DNA of 63,839 bases, filler included, from Collodictyon triciliatum (Eukaryota), in the NCBI GenBank assembly GCA_043381765.1. It is 14 parts of 14 records of this genome, joined end to end, with 100 filler letters (N's around TTAATTAATTAA, not from the genome) between each part and the next. Parts side by side here need not be neighbours in the genome. Positions count along the whole stretch, not along the records: positions 50,510 to 54,993 come from JBHJMP010006044.1; positions 55,094 to 59,574 come from JBHJMP010006045.1; positions 59,675 to 63,839 come from JBHJMP010006051.1; 11 more parts are not named here. One strand, 5' to 3'. Within the stretch, counting starts at the first letter, position 1, and each line of letters starts with the position of its first letter. Below, piece after piece: positions 53,601 to 63,839 of the stretch. The position numbers and the translations under genes were made by a program. The notes under the pieces were generated by a model, which saw nothing but the letters and a program-made list of their open reading frames with translations, was not told where the DNA came from and did no database searches.

Positions 53601-54561
53601 CCTGATAGTTGATTCAAATATATACTGAAGTAAATGAGATTTGGATTGAGAATGTTTGCCAATTTTCCATAAATTTCATTTTCAGTCAAGTCGATATTCA
53701 TCAAGAAAGGCAATTTTTCCAGAATGGAGGATATGGTTTTGATATCTCCTGATAGAAAATTATCGTCCATCCATAATCCAACAACTGGGCATGTATCCTC
53801 CTAAATTTATTTTCATTCATCTATCTATTTATATATTTTTCATATCATTATTAATCTATAATATGATATACAGTATTTCATAGATAATAAGAAAAAGATA
53901 GCCAGTGGTTTATAACAAAATATTAATCAAACCATGTATTCATCTTCTGTGCACTCTGTGTGGCACTCAATCCCAAACCATTCACAGATACCTGTATCTT
54001 TGTCCTTCCATCCACTATTTTCATACCAATTATCTCCATCTAAGGAGTCGTAGAGTTGTGAGAGAAGCTCATACTGACTATATGAAGTCTTTGGTTTAAT
54101 GTTTTGTGAGTTGAATAGTAAGGATGGCTTAGTTTCTTGAGAGATGCTATAGCCTATATTTAAATTATTATTTTTTTAGTGATTTGTGCAGGAATTTTGG
54201 TGTCCAATATTATGTCCTCGTCGTATTTTTCGACTTTATCTTCAGTATTTATTGGATATTCATCTATACCGACTTCATCCAAAGAAATCATTTTTGGATT
54301 CTCTATCTTCCCTAAAGAATTATCTGGACATTGCTCTTCATAATAATTTAGAAGATATTGGAGTGCATCCCCAGATTTCATTGATAAGAGCTCTTGCCGA
54401 GACAACTGGCAGCCGATTCTGAATTTGAACACATGGAGGTCTCATCAAGGAACTGACGAATGCGATAGTGCAAATTATCAATATTTGTGTTACCTTTCAG
54501 AACATGCAGCTGTCGAGATGAACGAAATAATTATCAAGAAAGTGATTATTATCTGATTCAT
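50620..54561 (-). CDS. Secreted or surface LRR protein: signal peptide, LRR N-terminal cap, then at least 16 single-LRR exons (3' end missing)
   Basis: Signal peptide MNQIIITFLIIISFISTAACSE; cap LYDSLDGDNWYENSGW...CEWFGIEC; a multi-LRR exon 53800-53461; then 69-nt (one 66-nt) phase-1 exons GTIPDF...LxxNxLxG between 53384 and 50620, all GT-AG. Confidence 0.9.
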
Positions 54562-54863
54562 ATCTAGGTTATTTTTGCTTCGCTCTGAAAGAAACCTTTT
54601 TGAGTGCCACTCTCTATGTACAAATAAAAGGTTTACAAATTCTTTTAAATCAATGACGTGAAATTTTACTTTTAATCGAATAAATGAAAAAATAGTGAAA
54701 ATTTTCATATTCTAGAAGTCGCATGGAACGAAAGGAACCTTGAAACAGCTGTAACATTATGCTGCTTTGATCGGCTTATGTATAGCTTGGTATCAACTGG
54801 TAAAAATTTTTCCATTCGACTATGGTAGATAAACATAGGTTGCTGGGAGACTTTGGTGGTTGC

Positions 54864-54993
54864 TTTGTTTCTTTGTTTCTTTGTTTCTTTGTTTCTTTTG
54901 TTTCTTTTGTTTCTTTTGTTTCTTTTGTTTCTTTTGTTTCTTTTGTTTCTTTTGTTTCTTTTGTTTCTTTTGTTTCTTTTGTTTCTTTTGTTT
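54864..54993. repeat. (TTTTGTTTC)n repeat
   Basis: Direct reading. A related (TTTTTTG)n tract lies at 55094-55190. Confidence 0.95.
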
Positions 54994-55280
54994 NNNNNNN
55001 NNNNNNNNNNNNNNNNNNNNNNNNNNNNNNNNNNNNNTTAATTAATTAANNNNNNNNNNNNNNNNNNNNNNNNNNNNNNNNNNNNNNNNNNNNTGTTTTT
55101 TGTTTTTTGTTTTTTGTTTTTTGTTTTTTGTTTTTTGTTTTTTGTTTTTTGTTTTTTGTTTTTTGTTTTTTGTTTTTTGTTTTTTGTTTTTATTTTTGTT
55201 TTTCCTTCTTTTTTTTCTACTATCATTTTGCATGATGCTGTTGTTTCCATTTAAAAATGGTATGATACTAAATCCTCCAC

Positions 55281-55987
55281 CTTGAAGATGTCTTTGACTC
55301 CGACGCGCAACAGAGAAATCACCAACTGGAAGGATATCTCCTTTGATTTTAGCTTTGCCAAAGCTTCTTCAGCGTTGCTCACGCGGTGAATATTCGGACT
55401 CTCCGAAATGTTCCATTGTTGAGCCCGTGATGAGAGAACCTCGGTCAGATTTCCATCCTCTGGAAGATACACAGATTAATCCATTTATATGATTTGTTTT
55501 TATTGAGACGAGTTAATAACGGAGACGGGAATCCGTCCAAAAAAATACATTATCTTGTTTTCTTGATATCACATAGTTAGATATATTGTTTCTTTCGAGA
55601 ATAAAGTGTTTGGATGCACCATAGGATATGCAATAGACTTGCCTTCAAAGATGAAAGAGTCATATAGACTTGCGACAAAAAGGATGTTGCGGACTCTTCT
55701 TGGCATCAGATAATCAAATACTGTTTTGTCGGTGTTATTTACAAGCAAAATACATGATTTATTAATAAGGAGAGGAGAGGAGAGGAGAGGAGAGAAAGAA
55801 AGGAGAATATGATGATACAGAGTGGGGTTGAGGGAGTGACTTTGTTGCTGTACAAACATTCTTCGTCTCTTGTTTGGACTCCGCGCAGAGGAACCGAGAA
55901 ATCAGTCAGCACCGATTGGATCGCAGGGTCGCGTCCTATTCCCCACGAGGCTCCGGCGTTCGATCCGGATTTGCCTCCGCTTGCCAT
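55281..55987 (-). CDS. N-terminus of a bacterial-type receiver-like/PEP-pyruvate-binding (PEP synthase/PPDK-like) protein, three exons
   Basis: Spliced EE|LFDYLMPRRVRNILFVASLYDSFIFE|EDGNLTEVLS...SESPNIHRVSNAEEALAKLKSKEISFQLVISLLRVG. From memory this matches the LM..R...IL.VAS.YD.F..EEDG...P....V...EEAL N-terminus of Bacteroidota-type PEP/pyruvate-binding proteins. Confidence 0.7.
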
Positions 55988-56022
55988 TTCTTCCTGATTT
56001 TATTATCTCGAAGATAGGCACT

Positions 56023-56065
<43 letters not shown>

Positions 56066-57359
56066 TAATAGTAGCAATAGTAATAGTAATATTGGTGTGT
56101 TGTGTTGTTCGTTTTGTATTCTGTTTTATTGTCCTCTATCGTGGCGCACTTTGATTGACCGCGTTGCGATTTGAGAAGCCACCAAGTAAAAAGGTAGGCT
56201 CAAGCGCCCAAAAAACACATACAAAAATAAAGGTTTGCTTGCTAAGATATCCTCGAGTATAACGAAAAAGTAGTCGTGTAAGAAAGACACAAAGAAAAGG
56301 AGAGAGCGCAGGAAGGAAGCCGGCCGACTCGCAGTCTGGGGTCGCATCAAATCGCACGCGTACCCAAAATGCACGAGTTCTGTGCCGCTGGCTTTGTTTC
56401 AGTCTGATTCATACCAAAACGAGTGGAATGCGTCGTATTCTCTTTTCCTCTAATTGGCAACAGGATTGTGTTTTGGCTTGTGTTTGTGTTGGTTTTTGCC
56501 GCACAGATGAACTCATATTACAAATCGCCCAGCCTTCTCATCATTTTAGTGCCTGGATCTTTAATTATCATGAAGAAATATCATCATGCGATGGTGTGGC
56601 ATTCTACTCACACAATTCTCGGCTTAGAAGCATATATTTTAGATGATGGTATAAATCCCACATTTGGGTTATTCTTGCTTCAGAAATGTGATGNNNNNNN
56701 NNNNNNNNNNNNNNNNNNNNNNNNNNNNNNNNNNNNNNNNNNNNNNNNNNNNNNNNNNNNNNNNNNNNNNNNNNNNNNNNNNNNNNNNNNNNNNNNNNNN
56801 NNNNNNNNNNNNNNNNNNNNNNNNNNNNNNNNNNNNNNNNNNNNNNNNNNNNNNNNNNNNNNNNNNNNNNNNNNNNNNNNNNNNNNNNNNNNNNNNNNNN
56901 NNNNNNNNNNNNNNNNNNNNNNNNNNNNNNNNNNNNNNNNNNNNNNNNNNNNNNNNNNNNNNNNNNNNNNNNNNNNNNNNNNNNNNNNNNNNNNNNNNNN
57001 NNNNNNNNNNNNNNNNNNNNNNNNNNNNNNNNNNNNNNNNNNNNNNNNNNNNNNNNNNNNNNNNNNNNNNNNNNNNNNNNNNNNNNNNNNNNNNNNNNNN
57101 NNNNNNNNNNNNNNNNNNNNNNNNNNNNNNNNNNNNNNNNNNNNNNNNNNNNNNNNNNNNNNNNNNNNNNNNNNNNNNNNNNNNNNNNNNNNNNNNNNNN
57201 NNNNNNNNNNNNNNNNNNNNNNTTTTTTTGTTCCTTTCTTCCTTTCTTCCTTTTGTATCTATCACAAAGAAATGTTGAGGTCTTTTTCTCGAAGGACGTT
57301 GGCGTTTTTTTCTTTCCATCTTTGATTGCTTTTCACCACGCTCTTGTTTATGCCCGAAG

Positions 57360-58082
57360 GCCAGTGTTTCTACTCCCAAAGAATCATTTCTTCTGGGCGC
57401 CGACGGATATTCAGTCCATCAAACCGGACCACTTCAGCATGCTTGATGTCTTCCACCCCCAGATTGGTTTGTAGATGTAAAGTAGAACAGCGTCTCGCTG
57501 CTTTCCATACGTGCAGTCGCGAGTCATTTGTGAATAATGGCCAACTAAAGAAAAACCGTCCGAGCGAGTGATGCCTGATGAGGCCTTGCTGATGCTTTGC
57601 TTTGCTTTGCTTTCCCCCCTCAGAACTGCTGCTGATTGGGGCTGGCGAAGAAACGACGTGGCTTACTCCAGCATTGACCGAATACCTCAAGAAGAGAAAG
57701 ATTCCTTTTGAGACCATGAGCACAGTTCTGTAGCACTTGTCTATTTATCGTTATCACCGTGTCATATCTCACGACACAATATATAATTTCAAGATAATGA
57801 CGGCGATGATGAAAAAAAATACGCCTGATTTCAACTTAACAATTGGGGAGGGCGCCTTGGAAGATGTCACCTAACTTTTTTTCTTTGCTTGCTTGCTTGC
57901 AGAGAAACGCAATATCTACTTTCAATGTGTTGAATCAAGAGGATCGGCTCGTTGCTGCAGGCATTATCCCGCTTCGCGTTTCTCCTTCATATATCCACGT
58001 ATATGCTTTTACTTCAATGGTTTACAAAGCACACTTTTGTCTCTTTAGATTTCCTGGTATAGTGAGTACGTTAGGATGGTAG
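57360..58082 (+). CDS. NDUFAF3: NDUFAF3 / Mth938-like (DUF498) complex I assembly factor, 3' exons
   Basis: GPVFLLPKNHFFW...FSMLDVFHPQI|ELLLIGAG...EYLKKRKIPFETMST|RNAISTFNVLNQEDRLVAAGIIP. The exact stop is uncertain. Confidence 0.85.
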
Positions 58083-58266
58083 AGAAAAACTAACATTATT
58101 ATATCATATTTACGCACTGCATTTGTTTTAACTGCTCTGCCCGATTTTCCAAAGGACATCAGCCGCCTCCAAATTCAAAAATAATAAAACTCAGCTCATG
58201 TTTATATATTTCTGTATGTCATTCTCCCATTCTGTGAGTTTATTGCGTCGCTATTTAAGTCGCTGT

Positions 58267-59395
58267 TCAAATCTTTGATGAGGCCTGGGTTGGGGCAGAG
58301 GCTGCTCCTTTTTGTTCGCTGATGAGAGCATCCAAATCCTCCTGAATACATTCATTTCATATTCCTGTATCATTAGATTCTTCTGTGCCGTTAAATAGGA
58401 CGATGATGATGATTATAGTGATTATGGTGATGATAATAGAAATCAAAATAGAAACGAACTTTAATCAACAGAGACTTATATGATGATTGCTTATTCACTA
58501 CCTTCCATCCAAGAAGCTCTGCAAGTTCCTTCACACCACCATCGCATGTGCCTTTGTGCCACACGTCTCTCTTCTGGGTCTTGTCGAAGAAACGGAATCC
58601 ATCGCCTATTTGCAAAGATAAATATTTGACGCAGGCTAAAGAAAAGGAATCGTAACATATGAAAATAAATGGAATGCATGAAAGGGAAGAGCGATTATGC
58701 AGTAATGGCACGATGAAGAAAGCATGGTGAGTGATGAAAATTAGATGCAATTATCCCTTCCGCTTCGGATTTACTTTCATTTCCTTCCCCCTTTTTTATT
58801 TTTATTATAATTTTTGTTCTTGTTTTGTCCAGGTAGAAAATAGACTTGATTTTCATTTTGAAGCGATTGTTTACCTGAATAACTCCCGTCTTCTTCCATA
58901 TCGGCCTCTCCAGCTTGCTCCAGATTAATGAGGAGTCTTGGGGCCTCGTCTGGTGGCTGTCGTGTAGAAGGAGCGTTTGGTTAAAACATAAATAATTGCA
59001 AAATGCCCAAGATATGGTCTATGAAAACACTTTTCTACGCTATCACAAGTTGCAAATCATATATTTTATTTTATGTTCATTTCACATGTATAAACAAAGT
59101 AAAACCATGTTGATGAGCGCAGCGAAAGGGTATACTGTAAGTGAAGTGCCCATCACAATGAGCAAATCACAAATTTTGAAGTCCTTCGTTAAGTACAGAT
59201 AAATCAGTTACTTCATCTATGTGTTCAATACATTTCGAAGCAATTGATTCTAAAAGAAACACGCGTGATATCGGGAAAAAAAAACACTTTGAATGAAACA
59301 AAGAAAAAAACATCAGAAAAATCTATTTGAAAAATTTCAGTTATGTGAATAGAATGAAGGTCAAACAAACCTTCATCAAGCACGTAAAGAATTTT
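58267..59395 (-). CDS. Class I sirtuin (SIRT2/Hst2-like) NAD-dependent deacetylase, 3' exons
   Basis: KFFTCLMK|DFKICDLLIVMGTSLTVYPFAALINM|PPDEAPRLLINLEQAG...|GFRFFDKTQKRDVWHKGTCDGGVKELAELLGWK|EDLDAL. Confidence 0.9.
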
Positions 59396-59497
59396 CTGAA
59401 TAAAATTGGTTAGAATCGTGGGATAATAACAAGTTCATGGGAATATTACTTTATTATTTTCAAAATGAAAAGAAAGGCAAAATAAATAATGAATAAA

Positions 59498-59574
<77 letters not shown>

Positions 59575-59821
59575 NNNNNNNNNNNNNNNNNNNNNNNNNN
59601 NNNNNNNNNNNNNNNNNNTTAATTAATTAANNNNNNNNNNNNNNNNNNNNNNNNNNNNNNNNNNNNNNNNNNNNTTATTCTTTTTTTATTCTTTTTTTAT
59701 TCTTTTTTATTCTTTTTTTATTCTTTTTTTATTCTTTTTTATTCTTTTTTATTCTTTCATGCGTTACCATTTGTTTTTAATCTTAATTTTCTGGTATTTT
59801 TGTTTTGATTTCTTACATAGA

Positions 59822-62610
59822 ATGGCGCAACTCTCAGAAAGAGTCCATATCATATCGTCATTGTGCCATATCATTCAAACATCTTTTGGCCCCAAGGTTC
59901 TTTTAGTTATAACCAAGCCTCGCTTATCACGCCTATGCTTTTATTGCCCGTTTATACCCTCTTTTTTTTCTTTGGCTATTAATGATATTAAGATAACGAC
60001 CCAATATTATTTGAAACCATTAAAAACGCCCTATCCAGACTATTAATGGTGTCGTGCTTGCCGTCATAGGGAGGAGACAAGCTACTTGTTGATGAATTTG
60101 GACAAGTCACACTTTCAAATGATGGAGCCACGATACTTAAGTGCTTTCATCATTGATATCGGCTGTTAGATAAGATGCAAGATGTAATCCATTCGAAGAC
60201 AAAAAGAGTTCTAATTAATCCAAATGTTTTTCTATGCTAGGCTGATGAACATTCAACATCCATTTGCCAGACTATTGGTTGATCTTTCACTGAGTCAGGA
60301 TGTATGAATTTCGCTCATTCGATGCTATACATGTTATCCATTCCTCCTCCTCTTTTCTTTTTGTTTGTTTGTTTGTTTGTTTGTTTGTTTGTTTGTTTGT
60401 TTGTTTGTTTGTTTGTTTGTTTGTTTGTTTGTTTGTTTGTTTGTTTGTTTTGTTAGTTTTGCTTGTTTTGTTTGTTTTGTTAGTTTTGCTTGTTTTGTTT
60501 GTTTTGTTTGTTTTGTTTGTTTTGTTTGTTTGGTTTGTTTGGTTTGTTTGGTTTGTTTGGTTTGTTTTGCTTGTTTTGTTTGTTTTGTTTGTTTTGTTTG
60601 TTTTGTTTGTTTTGTTTGTTTTGTTTGTATGTTGTTTGTTTTTGCGTCAGCCATGTGTAATATGATTTATCCTTGTTTGATAAGCTTTGCTCTTTGTTTT
60701 TATATTTTTGACCATCAACCATTAGAGGCGATTTCCTTTTTAAAAAAAAAGTATATAAAAAAATCTTCTTACAGGCTCGTGTCGGAGACGGAACTACATC
60801 GGTCACTCTATTCGCGGGTTTTCTATTCGAGTAATTTGCGCTGCCTTCATCCGTAGATTCACCATTTCGCTTGCTTCATCATCTGATTTTTTTTCTCTAA
60901 CCCGCAGCACATAACGCGAAACATTAAAGGGCTATTTGTAAAGTGTTATTTCGTAAATAACCGCAGTGTTTTTTGAATTGTTAATCACGCTACAAACAAA
61001 AACAATCGATTATTTTCCATGTGGCTTTTAGGGAGACAGCAAAGCTCATTCAAAATTTTGGCATTCACCCTATGGTGATAATATCGGGTATTCAATCTGC
61101 ATTACATATATGTATTGAAAAAATGACCAGTCTATATCCACATGAGGTTTGTCTGAAAATAGACCATATTTGCATCATATTATTCCTTAGATTGTGCTGT
61201 GCGTATTTTTTTTAATAAAACGAAAAGAAAAAAAAGGAGAAATATAACTAGATCAAGGAGGAAAGTGACTTATATAATATTTCTTTATTAATAAAGCAAG
61301 AGAATCAAACAAGTGCCTATGATAAAAGTCATCCAAGTTTTCACGGGATGCTTTCCATTGCTCGCACTTCCCTGCAATCTAAAATTGTGCGGTCTGAAAT
61401 AGAACATTACAGTTTATTGGGTAAGTGGCTCGCTCAACTTTTAAAAGACAAAGCGATAATGGATTATTGTGTCTGACACAACTGAAAGTTTTCATTCATC
61501 AATCTCAAAAGCATGTCAAGCAGCTGATATGCTAACATCGGATCAAGAGGAATTACATCTATCAAGAGTTTCTCACATTCATATTCCCCATGGAAAATTT
61601 TTAGACTCAAAAGTGTGTGATAGAACAAGATGAAATATCATCAAAATGAAATGAATTATAGAAACAAACATGTATGTGTGTAAATGTGTGCCATTTCAAC
61701 TAAGGTAATAGAGGGTTATGCGTTTGCCTGTGGGAAAAGAGTACCACCATTTGTAGCTCCGAGCCCCTCAATCATTTTAGTGGATTTTCATATGAAATTA
61801 CAACCCTTAAATACAGGAATGCTAACAGGGAAAGTAATACCTGCTGAATACATTCTTTATCATAAACACTGCCTCGTAATTCTTACAATTTTAACGATGA
61901 TTTAATTGATCCTTAGGGATCGATTCAATCCTTGTCGACCGCATCCATCATTAGGATGCTGATAGCAAAGAATGTGTCTGCTATATTTTGTACACAAACC
62001 ATCTCCACAGAAGTTTCAATTCAGCTCGAATTCTCCAGCGTGAGTTATACTGATTCCAGAGAGAAACACACAAAATGTTGCATTCTATATATAGATAACG
62101 CGGTATTTCACAGATTAACTTTGTTGAGAGCATTGCCTCCAAGGTTCGTTGATTATTATTATTGTTTTGTTATAGCGAAATTATATCTTTGAGGAGCACC
62201 GACATATGCAGTGAAACTTAATTGTACTTTATAATCTTGTAGACTCTTCTGGCCCTTTCCAGTATATTTAATCTCAAAGTATTCCATTCGTGGGAGGAAA
62301 TCATTAGATTCGCGCATAGTTCTGCAGGTAATCAATCGATGCAAAAAAAATAAATAATAATGGAACTGAATACCGAGGTTAGTTTGTATGAAAATCGGGG
62401 AAATTTTGTGCGAATCCAAGTGGTTTTCTAAATCAAAAATGTAAATTGGGTCCGTTACCGCAGAAGCGACGACATCCGACATTAATCGCATATATTGCGA
62501 GATAATTCACGACGTTTCAGTAATTGTGGTGGTTCCGAACGACAAAAACTCCCATCTCTCCATTGTGCATTGCTCACCTTCGAGCATAATTTGCGGTGAG
62601 GCTGAAAGGG
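59822..62610 (+). CDS. Divergent group II chaperonin (CCT/TCP-1 fold; possibly BBS10/MKKS-like), multi-exon, 3' end not traced
   Basis: IIQTSFGPK|GGDKLLVDEFGQVTLSNDGATILK|LMNIQHPFARLLVDLSLSQD|ARVGDGTTSVTLFAG...GIHPMVIISG...IARTSLQSK...SK|VIEGYAF. Confidence 0.85.
60360..60627. repeat. (TTTG)n / (TTTTGTTTG)n intronic microsatellite
   Basis: Direct reading. Confidence 0.95.
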
Positions 62611-63839
62611 TTTGTGTGTCAGATTGAATTCATAATTCGCATGCAATAGGTTCCCTAAAAATCAAGACCATTGAATTCAAAATATTATTTGTATTACTGC
62701 GTGACAATCGCTCTCTACATTTTTATATTATTTTTTTTGGTATTATACTGCTTTTTTATGTTTTTTTATGTTTTTTATGTTTTTTTATGTTNNNNNNNNN
62801 NNNNNNNNNNNNNNNNNNNNNNNNNNNNNNNNNNNNNNNNNNNNNNNNNNNNNNNNNNNNNNNNNNNNNNNNNNNNNNTTTTTTTATGTTTTTTTTTTTG
62901 TTTTTTTGTTTTTTGTTTTTTGTGGTCTTGAAAAGGTATGGTGCTAATGAAATACCGTATTAATTAATGAATCCATATATAGAATATATGTATGGAATTT
63001 ACATAAAATACATTAAAAAGCAAACGATTTGATTTTTGTAAGAATAAAATAATATAAAATACTGGAACAGATATAATTGTCTAAGAAAAATGTATGAATG
63101 GCAACATAACATATACACCAACGTCACAACATAATTGTATGTGACGTCTATATCAACCCAGCACATAATTCAATGAAAACCCCGAAGCTCTTGGTTCCAG
63201 AATTGGTGCATGGGATTGTGGCTTGTGGCAGGCAACAAACAAACACCCACATCAACCAACACTTGTGCAATGACAGTGGCGAATGATTCTTCTCTTCTAA
63301 CTTATTTTTTTTTCTATGTTCATTCTCATAAGTTCTTTTTCAATTGAGGGTTCATAATTTTTCAATGCAACCACACCCACCGACTCGTACTTAAGGAGAA
63401 CGCAAAGCTTTTCAGCCGACAGGCAAGCGAAAGACTCCAAGCAGGTCGACAAGAACGAACCACAAAATCCCAAAGACCTGACAAACCTGCCAAAGCACCC
63501 GCCCCAGAATCTGCGCCGATTCCTCCCGCCTTCAAAACCACCCGCGAAAAGCGCACAACCTCACGATATAATAGACATCCGCAGAACATTAATGCATAGC
63601 GCAGTTCTCTCGAGCTGTCACAATCTTGGACCGCAACATTCCACCCTGGCGAGATTAATCAAGCGCGCGTCCAGACAGACGGCCGCTTGGCTCGGTCTCT
63701 GGCGAAAGATCAATCGATCGATCGATTTCCATTCCCTTTTTTTTCTTTTTTTCTTTTTTTCTTTTTTTCTTTTTTTTCATTGTCATTACGGAGCCAAAGT
63801 CTGCTTCTAAACTTTGGTGACTGAGTGATGGTCTCCTTC

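Noticed and set aside
60900-60985. Candidate microexon in the chaperonin gene
   Set aside because: A direct phase-2 splice (TTC GA|GTAATT ... TTTAG|G GAG) restores the frame without it.
63180-63600. GC-richer coding-like patches at the window end
   Set aside because: No recognisable domain and no reliable splice model.

Overview
This is eukaryotic DNA: an AT-rich, intron-rich, microsatellite-rich genome of an unidentified, probably protistan organism using the standard genetic code. It is not one locus. It is 14 unrelated scaffolds of about 4.5 kb, in roughly decreasing size, joined by an artificial N-run/TTAATTAATTAA/N-run linker, so adjacency across linkers means nothing. Manually spliced genes or gene fragments: an LRR protein with a +1 frameshift, a polyQ protein, DHX15/Prp43, a CELF-type RRM protein, a REJ/GPS membrane protein, a secreted WD40-(SKSRSKTK)n-FG-GAP protein, an IPT/Cys-rich multi-TM protein, a Bet1-like SNARE, an SLC37/OPA-family MFS transporter, DUF72, a MESD-like protein, a two-repeat Myb protein, a secreted LRR protein, a bacterial-type receiver-like/PEP-synthase-like protein, NDUFAF3, a class I sirtuin and a divergent group II chaperonin. 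There are also L1/Tx1-like LINE fragments and degraded DNA-transposon debris. The most interesting signals are: (1) an LRR gene with 16 consecutive phase-1 exons encoding one repeat each; (2) ultra-short (16-33 nt) LINE 3'-tail insertions with target-site duplications, one diverged tail copy apparently supplying a splice acceptor; (3) a secreted WD40 propeller with near-identical scaffolds and variable surface positions, fused to FG-GAP repeats; (4) bacterial-type genes carrying spliceosomal introns, plus three inferred GC-AG introns and a 9-nt microexon. All family assignments come from motif recognition by eye; no database search was run.
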